From NCBI RefSeq assembly GCF_052425735.1, contig NC_135766.1, positions 10,478,001-10,542,000 on the forward strand: a stretch of DNA of 64,000 bases, in the 5' to 3' direction. A program made the position numbers and the translations under genes. Below the pieces are notes generated by a model. The model did not search any database and was not told the DNA's origin. It saw nothing but the letters and a program-made list of their open reading frames with translations. Of the stretch, positions 23,040-35,198 are shown piece by piece. This DNA is from Oculina patagonica (taxonomy: Eukaryota). Position 1 is the first letter of the stretch. Every line of letters begins with the position of its first letter.

Positions 23040-24726
23040 GTTAGGTATTCTTACAATCAGGGAAGGAAAATTGGTGTTTCCGTACGGCGCGTTCCTGGTG
23101 AAACTGTGTGCAAACCATCAACGCTAACTCCAATTAAGTATATAGTTTCTGAAAGCTTATTGAATGTAGATTTTATTTTTAGATTTCGTTTAGACCATAT
23201 CGACCATAATAAGAAACTTCAGCATTTTGATTGCAATTATGATGTTGTAAAACATAAGGTTAAATTTGGAACACGTTTACTTAAACACCTAAACGTTTAT
23301 GTGGAATACATTTCCCCCGTAAGGTTTTTTCCGAAATTTGGAAAAGAGGATCTACTCTACAATGCTGAAACTTTCAGTAGCTGTTCATTCATCCCTTGCG
23401 AAACTTTTGATATGTCAACCATGTGCCCATGATATTTGACGTTACCATGGCAACGTCTTAAGTACAAGCAGGTCTGGCCAAAAATCGTTATCTTTAACCT
23501 TTTTCTTAAAATTTTCAAGTTTTTTGAAACAGAATTAAAAAAATTTGTTTATTTTTACATTCCATAAGCATTCTGGCTTATCCAAGATGGCTTAACCAAG
23601 ATGGCGGCTCTAATAACGTCACGTGACGTAATATGCCGTCACAACCAACAAAACTTATGTCATCTTGTAGAGTAAGCGACGGGTTTTCTACTTAGTGCAA
23701 AATTATTTAGCTGCACCTTAATACAACGAAAACTCCGTGGAAGGGTTCCATCACCCCCCTTGAACGATGGTGGGGGTATGATTTTGCTTGTACGTCCGAG
23801 GGTTAAAAGAGACGTTTCTGGTGCTTTTCCAAGTAAAAAATATCATAAAAGCTAATGCGACAAGGAACCAAAAATCTGAGACATATTTTTGTAGATCAAA
23901 CTTCACATAAAACTTCAGGTGTTAGTGTAAACGTGTTCTCAAATAAACATAATGTTGCGCAACATCATGTTTTCACTGTCACGCAACTGTCACGCTGCGA
24001 AAAAATAAATCCAAAACTATTGAGTCAAAAAAAAAAAAGAATATCACAGAGCGTAGAAATCTATTTTATAAACTTCTTGTCCAAGTCTCAGGTCAGTACG
24101 TTATTCCGTACTCGAGTTATCGGTCAAACCGTTTCACGCAAATTTAGAGAGCACAGTATGGAAAAGCCATGCTGGAATCCAACTGCTTGGACTCCAACAT
24201 GGCGGCCGGAAATCAATGAAAACATCGGGCATTAAATTCTGCTACAAAGGCGGTCAGATCACCCTCATGAACAAGTAAAGATTCGCATGAACACTTCTCG
24301 CAAAACCTCAACTGTTCAGATTGTTAAAAATCGCAAGATGAGGCATTTTTTAAAGAGAACGTGACAGCCTCCTGGCGGCCATCTTGGATCTCGTGTGGCG
24401 TGAAACTCCGAAATTCAAAATGCTTTATCTTAAAGACGGCGAATGCTATCGAGCTAAAAACCTTCAATAAGATATATATTAAGGACGTCTTATAGCCAGT
24501 TGACGGATAAAAACTCAGGGGTATTGCGATTCTGGATTTTAGAATTTTGATGACGTCACGTGAAAACCAAGAATATGATCAAAACAAAATCCACAAATAC
24601 AATCCTTATTCAATAAGCTTTCAGAAAATATATACTTTATTGGAGTTTGCATTAACAGTTTGCATACAATTTCACTTGCAACGCAAACGCTAATTAAAAT
24701 ATAATTTTCCTTCCGTGATACCTTAA
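23040..24726. mobile_element. Degenerate TTAA-type (Kolobok-like) element with ~150-bp inverted ends, containing nested MITEs
   Basis: About 23060-23200 is the inverted homolog of 24575-24726, which ends CCTTAA. A nested ~600-bp element (about 23968-24574) is an inverted homolog of 38590-39181. Confidence 0.55.
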
Positions 24727-25070
24727 GTTTCAAATTACACTGACTGACAAGCTACAATAGCTTCAAATTTAAATATTGCTGTTCAAAGCACATTTGAAGT
24801 TGTTTATCTTTTGTCGACGTCTGACTGCTAGACGATTGACATATAATTTTATTTTTACAAGAAAAGACATCACAACGAAATTGCCTGCAAGTCGCTGCAA
24901 TCGATTTCGCCGTCCGCTTGAAATTTCATTGGACAATCATTAGAACTGACCATCTTCCAAAAAGTTGTCAAAGGCGAACGCTCTAGAGCAACATATACAC
25001 CTGCTTGTGCAAAAAGAATTTTAATTCTTTGGCCTGATGTTCGCTATCCATAAGGAAATTTCAATACCAT

Positions 25071-27620
25071 ATGGTTCGCGGCATGAGTTCATCGCACATC
25101 TTTCACCTTATTTTCTGTTTCTCCTGCTATCTAACTATCGAAGCGCCGTATAGAGGAGGAGATGTTATGTTAGGTGGACTATTTAGTGTTCACCAGTTGC
25201 AAGGAATCTCCAAGGGTCAATGTGGGGAAATTACCAACGAAGTAGCACTCGCGGAGGCCATGATCTTCGCCATTAATAAGATAAACAACGACCCAAATCT
25301 ACTTCCAAACATTACTCTTGGGTATGATATACGAGATTATTGTGAGAACATCACAAAAGCAACAATAATCACCTATGAACTCTTAAAAGAACAGTGTTCT
25401 ATGAACACATCACGAAGCAATTTAAGAAAGAGATATATCGCCACTTTAATCGGCCCATCTGAGTCTAGCACAGCTCTTGTTATCAGCGGATTTCTTCAAA
25501 TGCTAAATGTCCCAAGCATAAGCGGAACGACAACGAGTCCTGAAATGAGTTCATATACATACAGACATTTACATCGTACAGTGCCTCCAGATACATTTAA
25601 AGCAAAAGCTGTGGCTGACATCATAGAACACTTCAACTGGAGCTATGTAGCTGCTGTTGGGGTCGATGATTCGTTTGGACGAAATGGAGTGTGGTCAGTC
25701 ATCAAAGAAGCCGAAAAGAAGAATCGATCATTCTGTGTTGCTGTGACAGAATTCATACCCCATAATACGGAAAATTCAAACATATGGGACATTGTTAGAA
25801 AGCTTAGGCGACATGAAAACATCCGCGTTATCATCTTGTGGATTTATGGTGCCATTCTAAGGGATTTTCTCAAGGAAGTCAAGAAACAAAACGTCTCCCG
25901 GCGAGTTTGGATTCTAAGCGAAAGCATCTTCACACCAAAGATAAACGGTTTTCTCCCTTCGGACTTTTTGCCGCTTAAAGGATCAATAGCAATCCATCCT
26001 TATAATTTTCAAGACGCAGGATTTAAAGAATACGAGACAGCTTTGCTATTTAATACGATCAACAAGCAGGACCTTCCAGAATGGTGGATTGAGATTAGGG
26101 CACTGAGGAACTGCTCACTACGTAAGGATCACCAAAAAGAATTATGCGTACAAAATGTTGTTCATGACATGTACACCTCATATGTTCCATACGTCATCGA
26201 TGCTGTATATTCCGTGGCACATGCTTTAAACATCTCAACTCAAGATACTAACATAACTAATAATGATTACCTGCGAAGGTATGGTATGGAAATCAATGAC
26301 ATGCAAAATCTTCTTTCCAGAGTTAATTTTACTGGACTAACAGGAAAAATAGTTTTTGACGAGTTTGGCGATAGGCGATCTGCGAGCTATGACATAATCA
26401 ATTTTCAGCAAATTGAAGAAGCTGGTGGTATACGACTGAAACAAATTGTAGTAGGAAAATGGGACGAAATAGAACGGTTAAACATAAACCAAAACATTCG
26501 TTGGTACAGCCAGAACGGACGGTTTCCAAAATCCGAGTGCCTGAACCAATGCTCGGCAGGAACACGGAAATCAACTACTTCGCCTTGCTGTTGGCAGTGC
26601 ATCCCGTGTCCTCGCGGTACGATTAACCCAGTTCCTGGTGCTCAAAGCTGCATGGAATGCCCAAGAGGGACACGCTCAAATGAGGCTAGGACAGAGTGTG
26701 AAGATTTGCCTTCGGCTAATTGGAAGTATTCTAGTGCAGGAGGAATTGCAATTCTAGCACTGGGCTCGTTGGGAATCATTATTACAGTCTTTTCATTAGC
26801 TGTTATCTGTAGATTTTGGAACAGTCCCATTGCCAAGGCGTGCAACAGGGAACTCAGCCTTGCTCTCCTAGCAATCATCTCCCTGCTGTTGTGCCTGGCG
26901 TTTATGAATATCTTTAAACCAACAGATACAATTTGCAAGATAATTTACCCATGGCGTTACATAACTTACAACCTGTGTCTCTCCCTTCTACTTGTCAAAG
27001 TCTTACGCATCTCGAGCGCTTTCCATGTTATTTTACTTCCCAGTTTAGCGACAACCAATCTTAGTAACAGAATGCAAGTAGTCATAGTCATGACTCTGCA
27101 AGCGTTCCTGCTGATTCTGTTACTACCTTGGTTGCTTCTGGATCCGCCAATCATTATGGAACACATACATCCAGAGCGTTATACCTTTATTGAATGCAAG
27201 GCATACAACGCATTAGTTGGAAAAAGTCTGTTCCTACTCACTTGTTCATACACTTTCTTTCAAATGTTTATCTCTGCATATTGTTACTTTAAGGTGAGGA
27301 ACATTCCAGAAAACTTTAGTGAGGCCAAACGAATAGCATTTTCCATGTATATATTTTTGATTTCTTTACTAGCTTATCACCCAGTAGAGTTCTCAATGGA
27401 TGGATGGTATGTAACAGTTGTGGATTGTGTTACAGCACTATTAAGTGCTTACGGTTTCCTTTGTTGTATATTCTTGCCAAAAATATATATCATCCTCTGT
27501 AGGCCTGAGCTGAACACTTCAGCTAGCGTAGGACACGAAGTAACTCAGTTCTCGTTTGGGTCAAGCTCCGTACGTGTGAATCCCGCATTTGATATTTCCA
27601 ACCAGCAAGACCGAACATAA
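25071..27620 (+). CDS. Class C GPCR, extracellular calcium-sensing/amino-acid receptor-like (intronless, 849 aa)
   Basis: Signal peptide; Venus flytrap motifs GDVMLGGLF, AMIFAINKINNDPNLLPNITLGYDIRDYC, RTVPPD and HFNWSYV; nine-cysteine domain (PCCWQCIPC); seven TM segments with PENFSEAK and IFLPKIYII. Confidence 0.95.
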   Translation: MVRGMSSSHIFHLIFCFSCYLTIEAPYRGGDVMLGGLFSVHQLQGISKGQCGEITNEVALAEAMIFAINKINNDPNLLPNITLGYDIRDYCENITKATIITYELLKEQCSMNTSRSNLRKRYIATLIGPSESSTALVISGFLQMLNVPSISGTTTSPEMSSYTYRHLHRTVPPDTFKAKAVADIIEHFNWSYVAAVGVDDSFGRNGVWSVIKEAEKKNRSFCVAVTEFIPHNTENSNIWDIVRKLRRHENIRVIILWIYGAILRDFLKEVKKQNVSRRVWILSESIFTPKINGFLPSDFLPLKGSIAIHPYNFQDAGFKEYETALLFNTINKQDLPEWWIEIRALRNCSLRKDHQKELCVQNVVHDMYTSYVPYVIDAVYSVAHALNISTQDTNITNNDYLRRYGMEINDMQNLLSRVNFTGLTGKIVFDEFGDRRSASYDIINFQQIEEAGGIRLKQIVVGKWDEIERLNINQNIRWYSQNGRFPKSECLNQCSAGTRKSTTSPCCWQCIPCPRGTINPVPGAQSCMECPRGTRSNEARTECEDLPSANWKYSSAGGIAILALGSLGIIITVFSLAVICRFWNSPIAKACNRELSLALLAIISLLLCLAFMNIFKPTDTICKIIYPWRYITYNLCLSLLLVKVLRISSAFHVILLPSLATTNLSNRMQVVIVMTLQAFLLILLLPWLLLDPPIIMEHIHPERYTFIECKAYNALVGKSLFLLTCSYTFFQMFISAYCYFKVRNIPENFSEAKRIAFSMYIFLISLLAYHPVEFSMDGWYVTVVDCVTALLSAYGFLCCIFLPKIYIILCRPELNTSASVGHEVTQFSFGSSSVRVNPAFDISNQQDRT

Positions 27621-28690
27621 ATACGTTTATCTCACACAGACAAACGTTTGTTTCAGATGTGGCATTCTAAGATATGTGTATCTTATAAATAACAACGTCA
27701 GGTAAATCATACAAGTTAATAACTACTCGTAGTGTCTTTTTTATTGAAAAGTTCATACGTAAATTTTAGCTTTGTTAGTTTCCAAAACTCAAGTTAGTTC
27801 TAGGAAGTGTTTAATATGTGCAAATTTGTAGCTGTAACTTCCTTGAACATGTAAATAAATGATATTTTATGTGCGCGACAGCAGTTTATAACTTTATGTT
27901 TTCAACCTGCGTTTAGCACATATAAGTACCACATATTAGGCCCAAAACGTTACGACCGAATAATTCGTACTTCCTCTCAAATTTTGCCAAACAACAATTT
28001 TTGCCCTCGACTTTGCCAGAGATTCTGCTCGTTGAAACACCACTCCTCGAAATACAATATAGTGTAATTTGAGTCAGGGAAGTTCGCGGATTGTTCTTTA
28101 AAATTTAAACCACTTTGAACATCAAATACAACTGTCAAATTCGCTTTCTAACTATGATCTGTACATAATGCCACCTGCTTATGTCAACCAACCATTTTAG
28201 ATGCGACGAATTATAAATACGAAAGGCCGCCAGGGTGTTTCGGGCTGTGAAAAACAACTTAAAATAGAAACTACCCACAATTTCTTCGTTTTCTTTATAT
28301 GGAAAAGAAGTTTGAATTTACACCGGATACACAAGATTCTAGTTAACTTCCTTAATGAATCTCTATAAATATAACCCTCGAACCTTAGTCAACCCCAATA
28401 TGTGTAAAACTGGATATTTAAGAGGCAATTTCTGAATTTTTCAAGTATCCAGCGTCAGTCACGTAATTTCGAATTTCTTCTTATTTTGCCCAAATAACCT
28501 CTATAATGAGTTATTTTCGAAAATACAGTTCAAAGGTTTAGTAGCGCTTTATTTTTTTTAAAATCTTAAATAGTTCGAAAAACGCTATTTTGGTGTCCAG
28601 CTACGTGCACTGTCGAAACAAGCAGAAATTTAGGCATTTTGTTTCCGCTCGTACAAATGAACGCGAAAACATCCAGCAATGAACTTTGAA

Positions 28691-28974
28691 TAACAAAATG
28701 TTTTGTAAAACATTTGAGAAGAAAAATAAGCGATAAGAAAATAGAACGACGTTTCGATGACTTCGTGTCATCATTATCAAGTTAAATTCGAATACAGAGT
28801 TGAAGCTTTTTATGGTGATCGGAGAATGGAATGAAAATATTAAGGGTGTGAAAATTTATTTACATATAGTCAATTTTCAAAAGCTTCAACTCTGTATTCT
28901 AATTTAACTTGATAATGATGACATGGAGTCATCGAAACGTCGTTCTATTTTCTTATCGCTAATTTTTCTTCGCA
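28691..28974. mobile_element. Penelope-like element remnant with inverted ends, each carrying a minimal hammerhead ribozyme
   Basis: Inverted repeats of about 100 bp (28711-28809 and 28879-28978), flanked by the 13-bp direct repeat AATGAACTTTGAA (28678-28690, 28975-28987). Confidence 0.75.
28906..28944 (+). ncRNA. Minimal type I hammerhead ribozyme (U3-A8 variant); second copy on the minus strand at 28745-28783
   Basis: AAC-TTGATAA-T-GATGAC-ATGGA-GTCATC-GAAAC-GTC-GTT: stem I AAC/GTT, core UUGAUAA, stem II GATGAC/GTCATC, GAAA, palindromic ACGT, GUC cleavage triplet. Confidence 0.65.
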
Positions 28975-29954
28975 AATGAACTTTGAAAAATTTATAATAC
29001 ATCTCTTGTCTTACTAAAGCACTAATTTATTTTGAGAAAGCTGATGATATTTTATTGTTTTTGGACGTTATAGTTACCCCCGTTTTAACGCCAAAGCGAA
29101 AGCGCTAAAGTTAGCTAACTTTCACACCACCGAAAGCCCATTGGTACGTGGAATTTGGAGTCGAAACTAGGATGAAGCACATCCTTTATATTATTTCGTG
29201 TAAAAAAAAATTATGGCGGCACGACAAAAGTATTCCGTCGAGAAAAAGAAACGTGAAGAGTGTATGTTGGCCGTCCCGCCACTCGCGAAGCGATGAAGAA
29301 GCTTCCCCGTTTTAAACACTCACTTTATCAGAAACAAACATACACTAAAAGGAATCCTTTACTCTATTCTACGTGGTTCAAAATATACTCTTTACATTTG
29401 TATATCATCGTTTCGATTGGAATATTATTAAGTCAACACTTGGCGTAAATGAGAAATGCCGTTCAAGTGTATAAATATCATGCAATTCAACGCCCGCCTA
29501 AAAGCGCACATACACGCGACCAAAACAATCCTCTCCGTTCGATTGGCCGTCATTTTCGAGGTAAAAGATGAAAGAATCCTGGCAAATTTAATCGTTTGCC
29601 TTCAATTTGAACCATATTCATGACTGGATATCGGAATTTTCAATTGCTGCTGTCGACCCGCCGCCAAACGTCAATAAATTTGGAGAAATGCGAGTAAACA
29701 CTAATGAAAGCTAAATTAACGAATCCATTAGGGTTTCCAATTAGCGGAAAGTTCACTTAAATTTCGAATTCATGCACCAAAGCTGACGCTTTTATTTGTT
29801 TTAGTTTTGTTACACTTCGTTAGCTCACGCTTGTCTCGCTTGCGGTTTTGGGATTTATACCTTTTCTCCACTTTCAGCAAGCATTTAGCTTCCAATGCTA
29901 ATTTTTAGAATTGGCTTCAAAAGAAATGTTGAGCTAAGGTTTTAAGAGGTAAGG

Positions 29955-30420
29955 CCGTAAATGATCTAATAAACGCCCGGGGCGTCTATTAAATTTCAAG
30001 AAAGTCCTAGAGGGGGCGTTAAATAGATATGAGGCGTTTATTAGAGAGAGGCGTTTATTTCACTTTAACTAAAACAACGTCAACAAAACGTTTGCTCGCG
30101 GGGTTAGACAGAAAACAGAGTTTGTGAGTAGCAGTCTAATCTAATCCGCGCTAATGCAAAGCCTGGAGATGTAGTTCATAGTTCGATATCGATGTTTTCA
30201 TCGACATCTGGTATTGCTTGCCTCTTTGATGTCCGAGTCAAGCAAAAAACTAAATAAATTGCGTTACCTTGGTTTTTTAGGCGATCCTTGGAGGGGGCGT
30301 CTATTAGACACAGGGCTTTTATTTGAGTGGGCGTCTAATACAAAATTTACATCTTAGGGGGAGCGTTTATTAGATACGAGGCATTTATTTGAGAGTGGGC
30401 GTTTATTAGATCATTTACGG
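29955..30420. mobile_element. pogo/mariner-type MITE
   Basis: Perfect 24-bp TIR CCGTAAATGATCTAATAAACGCCC; internal GGCGTTTATT repeats. Confidence 0.8.
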
Positions 30421-31790
30421 TTCGCGTGTGATATAAATGACGTTATCATATGACCCGTACGGACCGCACGCAATTTTCTTGGAAAACCATATAAAAAAAG
30501 TTCCGTATGTGGGCCGTACGTCTTGGTCTGACAGGGCCGGAAAAAGCCGTACGGCCCTACAAGAAAAGCGTACGGCACCGCTACTGCGGCGAGATGCCGA
30601 AATTGGAACCATTTCATAACACACCTTTTAAATTCAAAATTAGCGATAGTAAAAATAATTCTAAAGACAAAGAATGTCCAAAACTTTTAGAACTTTACTA
30701 TCTAGAAACCAATGTAGTTTGCAGGCGCTGATATTTAAAACAAAACGTGTTTCAACTTGGCAAATGACAACAACTCCTGACAAGAACAATAAAATCGAAA
30801 AAAAAGGCGGCAAAAACTACATACTCGGACAAAGACGTCTCCTGGTTTCTAAATAAAATCGTAGTCATTATAAACATTGAAGAAAAAATACAAATGCCAA
30901 GTAAACTTAAATTTCTCGTTCCTGCTTGTGTTATTTTAAAATCACAACAAAGAAAATGCGATTACATGTTTACGACTAACCTGATCATGACACAGTGTCC
31001 CGCTAGTTCTCACGAAGCATTTTAAGGGCTATTACTCTATATGGACGTCAACCGTAATGCAGAGCTCAACATCGTCGAGGAACTAACGAATTCAAGGACT
31101 AAGCAGCAATAGCCACTGAGGCGTTCATGAATCTTCCGTTGTAAAGAAAACAACTTGAAACTGAAGAGAAACGAAGCGAAGCAAAATCCTGACCTATGAG
31201 TGTCTGTACGATTACTTTCCAAGTGATAAAGTTCAGGGTATAGTTTTATAGATCAAGACCTTACGTTGTTTTTAACTTCCGAAATCCTTCTTTGTGGAAA
31301 AATAATTTATCTTCTCGTTGAACTTCGGCTCAGAAGAAACGTTGCTAAGTTGTTCAATACAATACAATACAAAACCTTTATTTAGACACGATGGGATAAA
31401 AAGCTACATAGCTTGTGGGGTCGTGTGTAAATAAAACATTAATCCTAATGGATAAAAACATTAAAACTATATTGAGGTAAAAAACGCTAAACTAATTGCT
31501 AAAAATAGATAAATTGCTAAAATTGTTACAATGATAAAAAGATAAAAAGCGCTAAGAACTCTTACAATAGAGATTGTTAAAATTTGTATTTTTAATTATG
31601 TTCGACTTGTTGATCATTGTCACAAAACACCTGAGGGAAATCGCCTCGTGACACTCTCCCGGTAAAAGGTTCCAGAGAGCACTGCCCCTCTGTAAGATGT
31701 TGAAGTTTCATGGAATTGGTATTAAATGATGGGGGAAGTAGTAAATGTTTTTCAATCAGGTTCAATTCAGTCTTCGCTGAAACAAGCACG

Positions 31791-31915
31791 ACAGTGCGTC
31801 CCGTGTCCTTGCGGTACGATAAATCCAGTACCTGGTGCTCAAAGCTACATGGAATGCCCAGGAGGGAAACTTTCCAATGAGGCTAGGACAGCGTGTGAAG
31901 ATTTGACTTCGGCTA
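31791..31915 (+). pseudogene. Fragment duplicated from the GPCR cysteine-rich domain
   Basis: QCVPCPCGTINPVPGAQSYMECPGGKLSNEARTACEDLTSA aligns to QCIPCPRGTINPVPGAQSCMECPRGTRSNEARTECEDLPSA (about 26595-26718). Confidence 0.85.
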
Positions 31916-32685
31916 TTAATTTTTTTGGAAGTATTCGAGTACTCGAGGTCAGGACGCACGGACCTCGCTACGCTTGGTCCGTACGTCTTTGACCTCGAGC
32001 CAAATATTTTCCCGTCCGGCCCTCCCCACTCAGTCAATAAGTACATATTATTTCAAGAAATGAGAATAACGACCCAGCAAATGAATTATGAAATAACATT
32101 TTCTTTAACCTTTATCCTTCCCCGAAAAGTAAATTATGGAGAAACTTTAATTTCAAAGTATACAATTTATTGTAAAAGAAAACACAATTTTAGGTCCATT
32201 TACCTTATTGTTACTAATTTTCGCAATTTCAAAAAAAAAAAACGCGCAATTAAAGACCCGCGAAAATTTATTTTAAACGTTTTTTATTATATTTTTTTAT
32301 GTTAATTACGTATTTTTGGCCAAATCGCGAAAACTAAGTCCCGTGAAATATGCCCGTTCCATTTTCGCGAAATTAAGTTCCCGCGAAAATAAGTAACAAT
32401 GATGTATAACATCCCCTTTTATCCCTTTTCTCAAGGAAGAAAAATGCTCTCATAAAACTTTTAAATGATATACCGGTAAGCTCGAAAATAGAAACTCTGA
32501 GGTAAAAACGTTTATGCGTAAGCAGAAAAAAAATAGCGAAAAATGAAACGACGCTATCTTGAGCTGCCATGTGTTACTTGGTGGCTACTCGTGATAACAT
32601 AATATCAAAGCTACAAAATTTGTAAAAAAGCAAAACGCATTTGTAATCAAGAATAAACTAACCCTGCTAAATGAAGTTCATTAGT

Positions 32686-32893
32686 GGGAGGCGCAGTGGC
32701 CTTATGGCTAGTGCGCTGGACTCCAGATCTAGCGATCCGGGTTGTTCGAGCCCTGGCCGAGGTCATTGTGTTGTGTTCTTGGGCAAGACACTTTCCTCTC
32801 ACATTGCCTCTCTGTACCAAGGTCGCTTCATGCTACTGAAAGCGGAATAAGCTCCAGCCTGACGGACCACTAGGTTTGAACGCAGACTTTACC
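32686..32893 (+). mobile_element. tRNA-derived CORE-type SINE (internally deleted)
   Basis: Head GGGAGGCGCAGTGGCC..GTTCGAGCCC, core TTCTTGGGCAAGACACTTT, tail GCAGACTTTACC. Relatives at about 8626-8790 and 61345-61620. Confidence 0.75.
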
Positions 32894-34404
32894 ATTTATG
32901 AAGGGAAACACAAAAGGGGAACGAGTTAATTTGTATAAAGTATTTTTTCCAATCGACAGCAATTAAAAAATGCCTCAACAAATGATGAAATAGCCCTTAC
33001 AAAAGTACTATCAGCTGAAATTTACTGTGCTTTTCGCACTTTGCCTATGTGTATATGGCGTAATATATATAAATTGCAATTTCCTTTATTACAGTCGGGG
33101 AATACGTGCCGGTTTTGGCGCACTCTTAACCCTATTCAGACCGGACTTTTTTTAATCTTTTCAGACCCCGGGGGGAGGCGGATTCCGCCCACTCCGTAAC
33201 TTCCAGAATAGTTAAGCAATCATATTGAAACTTAGAGGATATATAAAATTCTAAAAATCTATCTTTTGGTATACGTCACGTGGGATGATGACGTCACGTC
33301 ACGTGACAATTTCATCATATAGTCCATGAGCCAGAGCCCCAAAATTGAGTTGTCGGTATCATCCGGGAGGAATAAGGTTCTTTGTTGTTTTAAGGAAGTC
33401 CTATCACTGTAGAGTTGGAAAATGCCTGATAGCAAGCAATCGGTGGTAGTTTCTGCGAACTGCAAAGTATTTTGTTATTTTTATTAAAAATGGTCGACCA
33501 AAATAAATTGTTAAAATTATACCACGCAAAAAAAAGGTTGATCGAATACTGCATGACGTTCAGGACATTGAATGTTTTAATAATTAAATATATATAAGTT
33601 CTTAAAGACAGGTCACGTGACAAATCACGTGATCCGCTGCGGATTCTAATATTCGTTTGTTTTTGAAATTATCCCAAGCCTATGGATAAGGGAAAAATAC
33701 TCCGAATAAAATTTCATAGACAAACGTTTCCTTTGTGTTACTATTGATTTAATTTTGATATCCTTGATTATTTTTGATAATTTATGACATCAAATTTGGA
33801 AAAAAAGAATGATATTCTTGCATTGGCTGATGCACTGGACTCGTGTGCATATCCCCACCACTAATGCCATAAGTGGAATGCAAACCAAACGGTTGCAGCT
33901 GAGTTTGTTGCGGGAGCAAAAGACTTTGAATGAAACTGTAAATTAAAAGGCTTCTATGTTACTTTCACTTGGAAAGTATCATTGTAGTTTTTTTTAAAAA
34001 GGAAAACTAATGAACTGTGCTCATTGGCTTTGAAGTGATTTTTTTTTTTCATGACAGTTTGTGGCTATTGCCTAAAGGTAGACAGTAGATTTACAAATTT
34101 CTATGGAAAATGGCAATTTCTTATCACCTATTCGTTGTGGTAATTCTAATTTGTCGACAATTGCAGGTTTAGAGTGTCTTTAGCTCCAACAATCCAAAAC
34201 ACCTGGCAGGATTGAAACTATTTAAAAACGAAGTTGGGCTTGAAATCTTAGCCTGACTACCTGTTTGCTGCTTTTTAAAAAAATTCGTAGCTGTTGAATG
34301 ATAAAATCACTTCTCTTCAACATTATTTGCCGGAAATAGGAACGATAATTAGTACAAGATGTATAACAAAAAATACAAGATGTATAACAAAAATACAAGA
34401 TGTA

Positions 34405-35152
34405 TAATGCGTATTAATTTCTTACACAATACTAACTGTCTTATTTACCCTATTGTATTAGGTGACAATGTTATTGAGTGTGTAAACACCTATAAGATTC
34501 TTGGTGTTATTATGGACAAAGACTTAAAATGAAACTGTCATATCGACTACATAACTAAGAAAGCTTGTAAGAAGTTATATTCGCTTGGAGTCTTACGTAG
34601 AGCCGGCGTTAGCCAAGCAAATATTCTGAAGATCTATTTACAGTAAGTACAGTCCGGCCTGTTTTAGAGTATGCTGCCCCAGTCTGGCAGGCCATCCCTG
34701 GCTACCTCTCTGATGCAATAGAGCAGATACAAAAAAGGGCGCTTCACATCATTTATCCTGAAGCCGAATCATATGCTCATGCCTTACAGCTAGCTCAATT
34801 AGTTAGAATGGACACTAGAAGAGAAGACTTATGCGGTAAATACATGAATCAAATGAAGTCTGATGAACATCCTGTTTACCATCTGTTACCGAGACCAGTA
34901 CTAATAGAGTCTAAGTATAATGTAAGGCAGAAAGCGCCAAAGTTTTACCTGTATAATAATGCCATAAAATGTAGGACAAAGAGAGCTGAAAGCTTTTTTA
35001 CATTTCGCTACTTTTCGTAACTAATATTATGAGTAGTCCTTTTTTGATGAATTTTTAATTGTAAATAGTAGACTTATCATTTCATGTAAGTGTCACTCGA
35101 TAATTCAGTTTCTTTTAACTGCAAAAGAGTTTAAATAAACTATTATTATTAT
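34405..35152 (+). mobile_element. CR1/L2-group LINE 3' fragment (decayed RT C-terminus)
   Basis: YKILGVIMDKDLK*NCHIDYITKKACKKLY...VRPVLEYAAPVW...IQKRALHII with a stop and a frameshift; ends AATAAA plus an (ATT)n tail. Confidence 0.8.
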
Positions 35153-35198
35153 ATAAACTAGAGTGAATAACCAGGATTTCTCTCGCTGAGAAAAATCA

